The position numbers and the translations under genes are program-made. From Mobula hypostoma (Eukaryota): a stretch of 64,000 bases of DNA. The notes under the pieces were generated by a model. It saw only the letters and a program-made list of their open reading frames with translations. It searched no databases and had not been told where the DNA came from. Shown in pieces: positions 1 to 13,500 of the stretch. Location: positions 71,302,001 to 71,366,000 of the forward strand of contig NC_086108.1 in the NCBI RefSeq assembly GCF_963921235.1, given 5' to 3'. How positions within the stretch are numbered: position 1 is the first letter of the stretch; each line of letters starts with the position of its first letter.

Positions 1-657
1 AAAGAACAAAAACATTTATTTGGGACACAATGCAACATAATTAGGGCAGGAGACTGTTGCCCAACTTTTTCTAATTAGTATCAGTCATGTCATGTGGCCG
101 TTGGACACTACACTGTGCTTAGAATGAATGGGTTTGTAAATAGCATCATTTGCGCTTTTATGTTCAAAAAGCAGTGATTTTTTTCACTGATCGTTGGCGA
201 GTTATAGACAATTCAGAACTGTTGGCTCACTGTGGTTTCAAGCATTCGGGTTTCGAGATGCCAGGATTAGCCAGGAGTGAAAATGAACTGATTTCACGAC
301 TTCACCAAGTTAGGAACTATGAAGAATTTGAAGGAATTGACAATCATCTTGAATGTTACAATTAAAATGAAGATTTGGAGGAGGCAATCACCAAAAGCAC
401 AGTATGAAGGTAGTCCACTATCTGCACTAGGTGTCTGTGCTGAAAATAATAGTTTTATAGGACCGTAGTGATATTGGTAATGATCTAATTTATTCTGTAT
501 TTCATTTAAATACATAATTTGTTGCTCAGTTAAATGGTAGTTTGTCTTTTTTATACTTTTATAACCACTTCCATAAAACTTAGGCTAATTGGTGCAGCCG
601 CTTAATAGGGCCAAAATGTACTTGTCCCAGAATCCCAATTAATTGGAACCCACTGTA
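1..657 (+). mobile_element. Tigger/pogo-like DNA transposon remnant (right end)
   Basis: Degenerate peptide (FFTDRWRVI...LAHCGFKHSG) resembles the pogo/Tigger DDE_1 C-terminus. The segment ends in ...CCAATTAATTGGAACCCACTG-TA, a Tigger-like terminus followed by TA. Confidence 0.5.
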
Positions 658-659
658 AC

Positions 660-846
660 ACTTATAAAATGCTGAAGGTACTCAGCAGGCCAGGCAGCAT
701 CTATGGACAGTCCTGATGAGGGGTCTTGGCCCAAAACATTGACTGTTCACTCTTTTCCATCGATGCTGCCTGGCCTGCTGAGTTCCTCCAGCATTTTGTG
801 TGTGTTGCTTTGATTTCCAGCATCTGCAGATTTTCTCTCGTTTGCG
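660..846. repeat. Penelope pLTR-derived inverted (fold-back) repeat with a degenerate hammerhead motif
   Basis: AAAATGCTG..CAGCAGGCCAGGCAGCATCTATGGA (~667-707) pairs with TCCATCGATGCTGCCTGGCCTGCTG..CAGCATTTT (~756-797). CTGATGA-stem-AAAA motif at 713-736. Same sequence as the terminal repeats of the element at 31942-33607. Confidence 0.8.
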
Positions 847-2199
847 ATCGGAATTCGCTTGTTTTTATTATCCCACTTTCTACTTGTAGGGTAAATTGAA
901 TCATCCATTCTTTCCAGTAGGGTATGTTTTTTCAGTCTTGTGATTTACTGCACTTCCATTACACTCCTGGCTCTGACTAATGGTCTGAAGGGGCCAGACC
1001 AGATGGAATTAGTAAAATTAATTGTAATTAGTTTTCCTGTGAATTTTTTAGCCAGGCTCATTTGCTTTGGCCCTTAAAAGAAGCAATAAAGACCTTCATC
1101 TGAAGTTAGCAAGTGATTTCTTGTGGAGATAACATGCCTCTGTTTATGCAGTTGGGTATGAATTTAATGAGGCCAAGGATGCCTTACAAATGAGTCAAAA
1201 TTGTTAAAAAATAAAAGATGTAGATTTTCACTGTGTTAATAATTATGTCCAATAGTTAGTGATAGCTTTTAAGCATTACATATCAAATGAAAGCTCTGAA
1301 ATGTTTTGCTTGGGGATTGACCTACAAAGATTCTCTCCTGACAATCATGAACATCCTTATCCATTCAAGAGAAGGAAATAATTATAATTACTGCCTGTTG
1401 AGAAAGAACTGGGATATTCTTCAAAGTTAGAGTTTGAGGGCAGTAAGTTCTCCTTTCATCTGACTTGATTGATGACTTTGTGTAACGGAACTCTCAGACT
1501 GGGAAATATCCTAAAGCCCAAGGGCTGCTCTTAGTGCCATTGTTGATGCACCTCGGGCCCTTTGCAGAAAGTAGGGAAATGATTGCTTCTGTGCATAAAT
1601 TACACTTCATTAGATTGTATAAAAAACCTTCTGTAGAAGTTAAAATTAAATTCAGATAGATTTAAATCTTCCTGTAGCTATCTATAGTTAATATTACAAA
1701 TTGGACTTTTATGTGAGAAACTTTTACTGTAACGCTTGCTGAAGGTCCCTGGACATTGTGATTCTCTCTACCTGCACATATGCACCATTTTTACAGGATT
1801 TTCATAGTTCTTTGGTCAACACTAATGAATTACTAGGGATATTCTAATCTATGTTTCAGCTTGAATGAATGCAGTATTGTATTGGTAATACACCAATTTA
1901 CACGGTTAGAGAATTGGACACATTACATGCCAGATTCCTAACTATGCTATTAGCAATATTCAAATTTGGAACAAAAAGCTGCAGATTATTCATTTACTCC
2001 CAATTTGGTTCAGATCTGAAAGGAAGTATACCTTTTAGAGGAGCTTGGCAGATTCCCTCAGGAATATCTTGGAAAAATTTAATGGAATTCATGGCTGTGG
2101 TGAACCAACTTTGCAAAGGTCTAATCCCTTATCTCAGTGAGGGAGCTGATCCTGAAGCTTGCAAAATCCGGTTGGCACAAGTTCTGGCAAATACTAGCA

Positions 2200-3930
2200 A
2201 ATTCAGAAACAGACGGATGGGCCAGATGGATTCGTGGCTGAGGAACTGGTGCAGGGGGTAGGGACTTGGGATTTTGGACCTCTAGGATCTTTTCTGGAAT
2301 AAACACAACTTATGCAAGAAGGATGAGTTGCAATTCAACCAAAGGGGGACGAATATCCTTGCAGGGAAATTTGTTAATGCTACATGAGAGGGTTTCTTAG
2401 GGGCCTCAGGACAGTAGGGTCCAGGATAACATGGAAATTGTGAAATGTGTCCAGGAAAGATTTCTAAGTCAATATATAGAGGACCATACTTAGGAAAGTG
2501 CAATACTGGACATTCTCTTAGCAACTAACTGAAGTAAAAGGCAAGGATCATTTTGGCTCGGGACCATACTCTATTAGTTTTAAGTTAATGATGGAAAAGG
2601 ATAGGTCAGGTCCAAAGGTTAGGGTCCTAAAGTGGATTAGGGTCAATTTGAGGGGAATTAGGCATGATCTAGTGGAAATCAATTGGATGAATCTGTTTGA
2701 AAGAAAACAAATAAATGTCAAGTGAGAGGCTTTTAAGAGTATGATAACAAGTGTCAAGGAGCAGCATGTTCCTGTTAAGGCAAAGAGTAAACCTGGCACG
2801 TTTAGGGAACCCTGGCTCCAGAGTGATACTGAGGCTCTACTCAAGGAAAAGAAAGATGTATACATTGGGTTTCAGAGGCTGTGATTGAGTGAATTCCTTG
2901 ATGACTATCAAATATTAAGAATACACTTGAGGGTAACCAGGAGGTCAAAGAGAGGGTGTGAGATGTATCTGGCAGGTAAGACAAGGAAAATCCAAGAGTT
3001 TCTACAGATATTTTAAGAGTAAAAAGATGCCTAGAGAGAGTGTAGGTCCCTTTGAGATCAGCAGGGCTGTCTATGTCTTGAGCTGCAGGAGAGGGGTGGA
3101 TTGTTAACAAATATTTCTCCTCATGGTTGCTCAAGAGATAAGAGAAACAAGTGGAGATGTTTTGAAGGACATTCATATTACCAGGGAGGCAGTTTTTGCA
3201 GCCTTACAGAAAATTAAGGTGGATAAATCTTTGGAATGTGTATTCTTGGACTTTATGGGATGCTAGAGCAGAAATTGCAGAGGTCCTTGCGGAGATATCT
3301 GCTTCATCATTAGCCACTGTTGAAGGTCCTGAAGACTGGAATGTGGCTAATGTTGTTCCATTGTTTAATGGGGTAGAATGGACAAGCCAGGAACTACAGG
3401 CTGGTCAGCTCGACATCAGTTGTGAAAAAGTTATTGGAGGGTATTCTGAATAATAGGATCTACCAGTATTTTGGTAGACAGAGTCTGATTAGGAGGTGTC
3501 AGTTTGGTTTTGTGTGTGGGAAGTTATACTTGATGAACCTTTCAGAGTTCTTTTTAAAGGTAACTAAAAAGGCAGATGAGGGTAGAGCAGTTGATGTTGT
3601 CTATTTGGACTTTAACGTGGTCTTTAACAAGGTTCTGCATGGCAGGCTGGTCTGAAAGGATAGGTCCCTTGGAATGCAAGAAAAACTAGTTAGACGGATT
3701 CAAAATTTGTTGAGAGGTGAGAATCAGAAGGTGGTAGTTGAAGGTTGTTGCTTGGAATGGAAGCCAGTACTGGGATCCTTGTTGTAAGGTATTTGTATAA
3801 ATGATTTGGATGCACAAGGCTGACATGAAATTGAAAGGTGCAAATTAGTGAAAATGGTTGTCGTAGCTTAGAGAGGGTTTTGATCTATTAGGAAAGAGGG
3901 TCAAGGGGTGGCAAATAGATTTCAATACAG
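2200..3930 (+). mobile_element. Old, fragmented CR1 LINE (ORF1 esterase end plus ORF2 RT pieces)
   Basis: RNRRMGQMDSWLRNWCRG...DELQFNQRGTNILAG is typical of the CR1 ORF1 SGNH esterase. PEDWNVANVVPLF, FGFVCGKLYLMNL and VDVVYLDF are CR1 RT motifs. Many frameshifts. Confidence 0.85.
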
Positions 3931-3933
3931 ATA

Positions 3934-4458
3934 AACACACACAAAACTCAGCAGGCCTGGCAGCATCTATGTAAAGGAATAAACAGTCAACATTTCAGGC
4001 TGAGTCCCTTCTTCAGGATAGGAAAGGAAAGGGGAAGAAACCCGGGGGGGGGGAGGGGGAAGGAATATAATCTAGATGATAGATAACGCCAGGTGGATGG
4101 AGGAGGGGTGATGAAGTAAGAAGGCAGGAGGTGATAGATAAATGGAAAAGATAAAGGGCTGGAGAAAGCGGAATCTTATTGGAGAGGAGAGTGGACCATG
4201 GGGGAAGGGGGAGGGGCATCAGGGGGAGGTGATAGGTAGATGAGAAGAAGAGAAGAAGTAAGGGGAGGGGGGCCAGAGTGGGAAATTGAAGAAGAGGGAA
4301 GAGGGGGGAATTACCAGAAGTTGGAGAAATTGATGTTCATGCCATCAGGTTGGAGTCTACCCAGATGGAATATGTGGTGTTGCTCCTCGAACCTGAGTGT
4401 GGCCTTGTCGTGGCAGTAGAGGAGGCCATGGCTGATTTGTTGGAATGGGAATGGGGAT
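3934..4458 (-). mobile_element. Penelope-like element 3' fragment (GIY-YIG C-terminus, pyrimidine-rich UTR, pLTR)
   Basis: Reverse complement resembles 33020-33560 (peptide ...RFEEQHHIFHLGRLQPDGMNINFSNF). Hammerhead-like motif at ~3983-4020. Confidence 0.8.
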
Positions 4459-4797
4459 CTCCTCCTTCTACCTTAGGCCACGAACTTATCAATCACCCTT
4501 GATGAGTTATTAACTGATGAGTTAGTAACTTCGAACTTTCCGCATAATCACTTAAAGAGTTGAACTGCATGTGCATGTAACGAGAGTTGTATAACCCATC
4601 TCCTTCTACGTTAGGCCACAAACTTATCAATCACCCCTGCTACGGACACTTTCTGGAGGTCCAAGATCCGTATGCTCCACGACCACTGGACTAAGTGTGT
4701 ATATGTAGGAGGGGACTATGTTGAAAGATAAATGTGCTAGGTTTTCTAAAATTGATTCTTTCTACCCTAGGGCACGAACTTATCAACCACCCCCCAT
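4459..4797 (-). mobile_element. Mariner-like non-autonomous element with three internal copies of a terminal motif
   Basis: CTTCTACCTTAGGCCACGAACTTATCAATCACCC occurs three times (~4465, ~4603, ~4760). Ends next to TA. Confidence 0.55.
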
Positions 4798-5673
4798 ATA
4801 AACATGTCATAAATAATGATGTTTGTTGTAATATATCTTTACTTGAGTTTTGCCTGTGCAATAGCAAAGAATGGCTGGCTCTATGATCACCACTTCCTTA
4901 AAAATTAAATGCTTAGCCCCAAGTATTCAAAATGATCCTTGATTGATGGACTGGTGATGTACTGTTCATCTTCTAGTGATTGACGAGGTCACAACTTCCC
5001 AACTGAACTGAAGGCCTGATCTTTTAACACTAATTTTGCTGCCATCGGCTCTCTGCTCTGCTTCCCCTTTGTTCTCTGGCTAAAGTTCATGTCACCCATC
5101 CCAAGGCAATTCCCTTTAGCCACAGGTTGCAAATTGTACTTGTCATCTCTCTGGCCTCGAGTACATAAGAATTCAACTCAAACTATTTGTCAGCCTTGCA
5201 TTTATGTCAGTATAATTCAAAAGTTCTCTCTCTTTTTCTTTAGTACAGTCCCTTGAGATTAAGGATGACTTCCTTCAAAGTAGCTGAGACCCCACTGTGA
5301 GCATCAGAGTACATTCCATTCGCTTTGCAAAAGGAATGGAGCTTTCAGAAGGTGGAAAAGGCAGGGAAGGATGGAAGATATGTCTGATGGTGGAATCTCA
5401 TTGATGGCAAACAAGTTACGGAGAATAATCTACTGAATGTGACGTTACCATTCAGTCTGCAATGACTTGTATCTGAGATTGCAGATGCAATTTTACATGA
5501 AGGAGATGTCAAACTTCTTAAGGAATAAACTGGAGAAAATACAGAAAAAATGCCCTTTCTTCTTATCTTTGTTCTTCTACCAACAGAAGAATTAACTGGG
5601 ACTACCTGTATTATAGCATTACTGTTTAATTGAACATTAGTAAGTAACAGAGATTTAGTTTAGTTTATGTTAT

Positions 5674-6305
5674 CGGTGGCTACCCATTTCATTTCGGCTT
5701 TCCATTCCCATTCTGACATGTCTGTCCATGGTCCCCTCTACTGCCATGATGAGGCCAAACTCAGGTTGGAGGGGCAACTCCTCATTTTTCATCTGGTTAG
5801 CATGATGGCATGAACACCGATTCCTCTAACTTCTGGTAACTTCACCCTTCCCTCTCCTTTTCTGTTCCCCATTCTGGTTCCTCTTCTCCTTTCCTTTCTT
5901 CCTTGATCCACTATCCTCTCCTATTAGATTCTTTCTTCTTCAATCCTTTATCTCTTCTACCTCACCCACCTACTGTCCCCCTCACCTTGTCTCACCTATC
6001 ACTTACTAGCTTCCCCTCCGCCCACCTTTATATTTTGGTTTCTGCCCCCTTCCTTTCCTGTCCTGGTGAAGGGTCTTGCCCTGAAAAGTCAACTGTTTAT
6101 TCACAAACGAGAGAAAATCTGCAGATGCTGGAAATCCAAGCAACACACCCAAAATGCTGGAGGAGCTCAGCAGGCCAGGCAGCATCGATGGAAAAGAGTG
6201 CAGTCGACGTTTCAGGCTGAGACCCTTCAGCAGTTTTTTCAACTGTTTATTCCCCTTGATAGATGCTGCCAGACTTGCTGAGTTCCTCAGTCGTTTTTAG
6301 TGTGT
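5674..6305 (+). mobile_element. Penelope-like 3' fragment with an inverted pLTR inserted into it
   Basis: VATHFIS...HSDMSVHG GIY-YIG C-terminal fragment and pLTR at ~6055-6100, interrupted by a reverse-oriented pLTR at ~6104-6232. Confidence 0.75.
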
Positions 6306-8639
6306 TTAAAAAAATAGATGCTCACTGTGTGTTTATATTTGTGAAGCTAAATCTGTAGCTCAAGGCATTAGTCCTTAATCAGCTCTAAAATAATTTACTA
6401 GGTATTGTACTGTTTTGTACTCATTTCATTGACACTAGAACCTGATAATTTCTATTACATCTCACACATCTTCCTAATATCCTGATAGGCAAATACATTA
6501 TGAATGACAGGTCATAGGTTTACTCTTTACCTTTTTACTGGGCAACTCACAGGTACATAACTGTACATAACCTGCTTTACAAAAAAAAACAGTGAAATTA
6601 CACATACTGGTAATAAATGAAGGAGGAGGCAGAAAAAGAGTGAAATAGAGAGGGAGGGAGAGAGGCTGTTCTATACGGGTAAAAAACTAAGTTACGGTTA
6701 GATGATTTTACAACCATTTTTATTCATCTGGTCCTGAATCTCTTGGCAATATGTTGGTGTGGAGATTTATGCCCATTCTTTATTGTACCTCTGACATCTG
6801 TCAATGACCTAGAATCATGAAATAGTTTTGACTGGTGCAGGGGTCATTTGCAATTCATCTCATCTTGGAAGGAAATTGGGGATGATGGTCAGCTGGGCAG
6901 TAAAAGGTAATAATAAATAGTTGCTCAAAAGTTACTGAATACCCAGCAGTTCTGAGCAATAGTCAGTGAACTGATAAAGATGCTGGTGATATGATCAGTG
7001 ATTCTAATCATTGTTTCTGTGTTAAATATTGTTGCAGCACAAGCAATATAAAGTATTATCATCAGGAACAGCTTCTTCCCCTCCACCTTCAGATTTCCGA
7101 ACGGTCCATAAATAATGAAATTGCCTCATTATTTTACTCTCTTTCTGCATGACTTATTTATTTTTTATATTTCTTATTGTGACTTATCACAATACTTCTT
7201 ATGTACTGCTCTGTACATCTGTTGCTAAGGAACAAATTTCACGACATATGTCAGTGATAATAAACCTGATTCTATGTCACCAACTTCAAAGATTCAGAGC
7301 ATTTATATTATCAAAGAATATATAAATGATACACCTTGAAATTTGTCTGCTTACAGGCAGCCACAAAGCAAGAAACCTAAATAACCCGATTTTTTAAGAA
7401 GTCCCAAAACCACTGTGCAGAGAAAGAGAGAGGGGAAAAGAACAACAGAGGCACGCGAACAGCATCCTGACCCAGACTGAGTCTCAGATCTGTTCCCATA
7501 GCCACCAGAGGAGACCCAAGCCTTAGTCCCCAGTTCATCACACCAGCAGGGCAGAAACGTACAGCAGCTGGATCAGTTCACAGTCTTGGTGCCATGGAGG
7601 AAGGAATAAACATTCATGGGAGAGACAGCGAAATCAGCCCAACCCTTGCATCTGTACCCAACACTTAGACTTCCAGTCGATCTGAGTCAATGTTTAAATT
7701 GACCAAGCACCAAGCAGTGTCATGTTCCAGGACCAAGATCCAACTTGGAGTCTGAGTGACATGTGGAGAAAGATGTAATATTCCAGAGTAATCTGTATAC
7801 ACTATAACGTAGTCCCATACACCTTAATTGTCCACTTGGGGAGTAAATTCAGTCATGCATCCCTGACCATAAACGCCAGTACAACATCCTTGCATTGAGG
7901 TTAATAGATTTCCTTGTACTTTCTCTTGACAGCTTCTGAAAATCTCTAAACATTTTTAATTTTTTTAAAACTAGACACCAGACTTAATAGTTTTTATCAT
8001 TCTTCAGTCACTAATAGAAGAAAGTTTAAATAGAATACCTGAGCTTAGGAACTTGTAGTTATTTTTCTGAAATTCCACTGAAGTATTGCTGCAATTAAAT
8101 ATTAGATATTTGCTTCAAGCGTAAGTCTTATTCATTGACATTGTTTCCAGATATGGAAATTTAGAAAGTCAGAGTGCCTTTTCTGATAAGGGATTTTATT
8201 TAGCTGGTGCATCCGAGGCTTTAGTTGCTCCAAACTAAAGGGACAAGAACCCATGTATCCACAGCCTTCTGGCAATCCTCTCCCGAGAGGCAAAGAGCTG
8301 GTCGTTTGCATTCCATTGTCAGTTCTGGTGACAGAAAGGGGGACATACTGTATATAGAATGTGCGAGACGCGACAGAGTTCTTCCTGTTTTTGATTCTTC
8401 CTGCAGCTGCTTTTCACGGTCAAATGGTGAACACATTTGGTCTGGATTTAATAGGCAGATGCAAAGGAACAGAGCTCTCTGCTGTGTTTAAGGCTGCCTT
8501 AAACATTTAAGGGTGTTTGAGCAAAAGGATGGTTCTTAGAGGGTCTTAATATAGGGAGTCTCTCAAAAATATAAAGAGCGCAGGCAGGGGGGGGGTAACT
8601 CTGTCATAGAAATTCTAAACATAGAAGCATGAAACGTAT

Positions 8640-8775
8640 TATTGTGGATAGAGCCAAGGAACTGTAAGGGTAAAAAGACCCTGATGGGAGTTATATACAG
8701 ACCCCCAAACAGTGGAAAGAATATGGTCTACAGATTACAATGGGAGATAGAAAATGCATGCCAAAAGTGCAATGT
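8640..8775 (+). mobile_element. CR1 endonuclease fragment
   Basis: WIEPRNCKGKKTLMGVIYRPPNS matches the CR1 APE motif G(V)xYRPP. Confidence 0.75.
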
Positions 8776-8981
8776 AACAACAGAACACACAAAACCCAGC
8801 AGGCCAGGCAGCATCTATGGAAAATAGTACAGTGGAGGATTTGGGCTGAGACCCTTCGGAAGGACTACAGTGTCCTGAAGGGTTTCGGCCTGAAATGTCG
8901 ATGGTACCCTTTTCCATAGATGCTGCCTGGCCTGTTAAGTTCCTCCAGCATTTTATGTGTGTTGCTTGGATTTCCAGCATC
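8776..8981. repeat. Inverted pLTR pair (Penelope-derived)
   Basis: CAGCAGGCCAGGCAGCATCTATGGAAAA ... TTTTCCATAGATGCTGCCTGGCCTG, with two degenerate hammerhead cores back to back. Confidence 0.75.
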
Positions 8982-9227
8982 GGTGGGGATGAAGGGGGTA
9001 CTATTGGAGGATAAGGGGAGCAAAGACAAAGGAAAGTCAGTCAGTGACGGATTAGAGTTTGGACCAGTTGGGAGAAGGCATATAATTGGGATGGGGTTCC
9101 AGGAGGATTCTGATGATATCAGCAATAAGGTGGGGTTTATGCAGATGAGAATGATCACTACAAAATGTACTTCCTTGGTCTTTGCTCCCCTTATCCTCCA
9201 ATAGTACCCACTTCATCCCCACCGATG
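8978..9227. repeat. 57-bp-arm inverted repeat
   Basis: 8978-9034 versus 9171-9227 are reverse complements with 2 mismatches. Confidence 0.9.
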
Positions 9228-10499
9228 ACGACTCTCTCCTCCCACAAGCTCTGTCACTTCCCAGTTTGCTGCTCGACTGTGACTTTGTAAGCTCCATGCC
9301 CTGAAATAAGAACTTTAGAAATAGGAGTAGAAATAGAATAGCTGCCCATTGGGCCTGCAGTACCATTTATCAAGATCTGAGGTCCCCAACCTGAGTGGCC
9401 CCACATTTTGTGCCATTGAAACTTGAAAAGTTCACAGATTTGTTAACCTTGTGAAAATCAGTCAATTTTCTTACCACCTTGTGCCCTTCTGACTAAGAAT
9501 TCCTTAAAGTATGTCTGGCAGAACGCCGTGAGGATTTGGCACTTGTTGTTAAAAATGGCCGCCAGATGCAGCTGGAGGATGATGTTGTTCCACCAGTTTG
9601 TCGATGTCGTTCCAACACAACTCCAGGAGCTTTGAATTTTTCTGATTTAACTTCACATCCAATCCCAAACATTTCCCAAGCATCTGTTTCACTTATTCTT
9701 GAAAAATAAATTGATTTATTCTCTTGCCTGATGTATTCATTGTCTTTTATGAAGCCATGTTGATACAAAGTGTTTGCCAAATGCAATTTTACATAAGCAT
9801 GTAAAAACAGCTATTTTTATTCTAGTCCCAGATATAATTTGTAATGTCTTGTTGTTTTCAGAACTCAGTTTCATATTTACACTTTAAGTTCCAAATCTGT
9901 GGCCTACGTCATGTCTATTTGCAGATCACAGGCCATGTGTTGCAAGGAGGTACAATGTGGGATTTTCTAACTAGATTATGCTGCATTACTGAGGAGATCA
10001 GTGCAATAAATATAATTAATATACCTGCATCCATAGCAATGTGTTCTTATTTAAAATAATGTGAATATAACTCAGTTGAACTGCACTGTTGGCCAGTATG
10101 TATTCATTTCAATTTAATCACTTCCATTTTGTGAAGGGTTATTGTCATCTTCTCAGAAAGAATTGGATGTGTAAATTCATTGTGAAATAGAACACAGCTT
10201 GCAAGTCAAATTAATTCTCTTGGTGTGAAGTGCACTTGAGATTAAAATATTATTTTCCTTTGCAAAGTGGTAACACCTGACAATACTCAAGAAGATGGGT
10301 GAGCGTCTTTTTGCATTAAGATTGGAACATTATAGAATAAATATAATTGTCTGTTAGTCTCTTGGAATTTGTAAATGGTTTTTACAGGGATAGTTTTGGA
10401 TTTTTAAAAACTCAAACCATAATTGATCAGTCAGTGAAATGGGTCCTGTAGGGGTTGTCTAAGGAAATTCTATTTTTGGGGCATATTGGTGGAGTTGAG

Positions 10500-10514
10500 G
10501 GGTGGGTGGGTGGG

Positions 10515-10549
<35 letters not shown>
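10500..10549. repeat. Compound (GGGT)n(GT)n(GA)n microsatellite
   Basis: Read directly from the sequence. Confidence 0.9.
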
Positions 10550-13500
10550 TTTTAATGCAAAGTAGCTCTGTCATGGGTTATTTCAGTGGGTGGAATTGTC
10601 AGTGAAAATAATCTTTTGCAGTTACGGCAGACAGAGATGTGCAGAATATTTGAAAACTGAAATGGATGGGAACCTTTGGTTTGATGTTAAAAATTTTCTT
10701 CATTCATTTTAGTAAAGTAAGTTTGGACCATCTCGTTAAGACTTTGAAAACAAATATGTTGATGTTTGTATGAAAATATTATGAGAACATAAGAGAAAAG
10801 TGCAATTAAAATTCAAAAACTTTTTTGTAAGTTTTGACTCTGTTTCATCCTGCAGTGTTAACACTGTATTCCTTCTACAGATGACGCTAAAGTAGGTATA
10901 TGCTTGGCACAACATTGTGGGCCGAAGGGCCTGTATTGTGCGGTAGTTTAATATTTTTTGTATTTCATTATTTATTGCATGTTTTTGGGAAGTTAGCATT
11001 TCTAATAACTATTAAGTTACAAAAAAATTCTGAACATGAATCAAGAAACAGTAAAAAAAAATTGAAATTCAAATGAATTTGGCTCTGAGTTATATTTTAC
11101 TCACAATTTTTATGATAAAAAGAGAATTTGTCTATTCAGTAAGAAAACAATGCCATAAACTTAGGTGTAGACTTAATCGGGAGCTGGGAATCTCTAACCC
11201 CGGTGAGATGGGATAGGCCTACCCCAGCAGGTGAAGCCAGTTCCAATGGACTGGGTGGATGAGATCAACTACAAGATCCAATGTCCAAGAAGGCAGTGCT
11301 GCAATGCATTGTGGAGAGTGAAGGACATGACAAGGCACAGAAGGTGTCTTGGCTATCCATTGCAGCCAAAAAATGTCTCCGGTCATGACATTTTTCATAC
11401 CATTGGACTGAGATTTTTGAGGCCGAGAGAGTGGGACTGCCCCAGTGCAATGGCTTTTTCACTATAAAACTCCTCTTGTTACATCATCGTTGGTAATGAC
11501 GGACAACCAACATGCAGACTTAATCATCAGTAATAAGTCAGATTGTCTTTGAAGCAGTTTGAAACTAGTTGGCATTCTGTAGTATTAATTGCAATATTTT
11601 ACGTTAAATGATGATCTGATTGATTTAGTTGTTAAAGGGATAAGGAGAATGCAAGAACTTTTTCAAAGAACAATAGGTATCTGTGAAAGGTCACTGATCA
11701 TCTGATTGTCTCATGCTGTTCCTTGGAATGAAAAAAAAGGTCAACATGGGAGTCATGTTATTTGAGAAACTCCACGAACATTTTAGCTATGAATCTGTTT
11801 TGGGATTAATTATGAATTCTAATGTGAGACTATCTGTGGAAAGCAAATGAATTGTAATGGGTACAGCTTTGTAATGATTTTCTGAGTGCTCTTCTTGGAT
11901 TTGTATTATAAACTGAAGCAGGGTGCTTGTTCAGACCAAAGGGATTTCAGGGCAGGAATTCCCTTGAACCTGGTCAGGGGAAAAATAGTTGGAAGTCCTG
12001 GTAAGAGGAAGTGGACTGGGCTGTGGAGTATATTCCATTTGACTATCCAAGTATTTATAAGAGAGGATGGTATCTAGGTCCTAACAAAGATAGAGTGCAA
12101 TTATTGTGCAGTTAATCTACAAGTAGACTGGAATGTGAGGCCAGATGGCCAGAGCCACAAGTCTCCGGATCTCTGCAGGTCTGCTGGGGTAGTCAACATC
12201 TAATGTATGTGAGTCTGCGTCCACTGGAGGTTGGAGGCCAATGAAGAAGGCCTATACTGAGGTTGGAGGACTGTGGAAGAACAGGACTTGTTTTGCTGTT
12301 GTTGCTTTGTTGCTTGGTATGTTCCGTTTTGTTGCGTTTTGCGTTGATCTGCCAAGCATTGCGGGCAGGCTATGTTGGCACTGAAATGTGTGACGACAGC
12401 TGCAGGCTGACCCAGCGAACCCTCGGATGTGCTGGTTGTCACCGCAAACAACACGTTTTGCTGTGCAGTAGGTTTCAATTTACATGTGATAAATAACCTT
12501 GAATCTTGAGCCTCTCTGAATGCCTGACCTATTCTGGGTAAGACGATGTCAAAGAGACTGGAGAAACAGCACAGGTCACTTTGCCTTACAGTCAAATTGT
12601 GTGATGAAGCCAAGGACTGCAGGTTACTATTTCCCAGATGCATCATGAGAAATATTGCTGGTTAGACCGTTTAAGATCTTGAACAACAGCGTGGAGCATG
12701 TTTATGAAATCTATTTTCAGACCAATTTTAACCAGGATCCTGTAATCATTAACAACACTCACTAGTTGCTGGAATAAGTCAGCAGACATCTATGGGAAAG
12801 CGTAAAGAGTTGATGATTCAAGCCAAGACCCTTCAGCAGAGATGTGCTTACTCTTGCTCCTGTTTGACTTTGACATCTTGTGTATTTACTAGTAACTGCC
12901 TTTTAAATCCAGCCCCCAGTCCACCTGCAGGAAAAACCATGCTGGGAGATTGGGACCCTGACTGGTCCATCGCTGCTGTTTGCACACCTCAAGGAATAGC
13001 TGCAACAGTGTTCAATTTCAACCCAGTTAGTTAAAAGTTAATGCCAGGGACTGGGCAATACTGAATAAAATATTATGACTTTTGGTCAGCATTATTCGTT
13101 TGTTAACATTATTACTCCTCGTTATTGCCAGGCATATCTTTAGATACTTTTTTTTACATCTTTGCATATTTGGAAATGTGTCAGCATTATTGATGCTGAG
13201 TGCAAACAGGTCATAACTGAGGCTACGAACAAAATGTCTCAGTGGTACTTTCATGTCATAGCAATCAATCCATGAATAATGATCTCCCTCACCTGGTATA
13301 TATTAGCATGCTATGACTAATGTGATGTTTATTATTTCGGCAGCTATCTGATTGACATAATGAGTGTCATACCATTATAAAGCAAATGATCATTTATAGT
13401 CAAGGTGATGTTTTCTATGTTAATCAAAGAGGTTAATTAATGTAACCACTGTAAAATGTTTTCTATTCACACACTGGACTCTATAAATCAGTGGGAAAAG

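Noticed and set aside
1869..2261. 130-aa ORF as a gene
   Set aside because: Its C-terminus is CR1 ORF1 esterase sequence and the rest is unrecognisable AT-rich DNA.
4459..4797. CRISPR-like array (three ~35-bp repeats with spacers)
   Set aside because: Vertebrate DNA, spacers over 100 bp and unequal, no cas genes. Fits a mariner-derived repeat.
8221..8491. Overlapping short ORFs as a coding exon
   Set aside because: No recognisable protein and no convincing splice-site pair.
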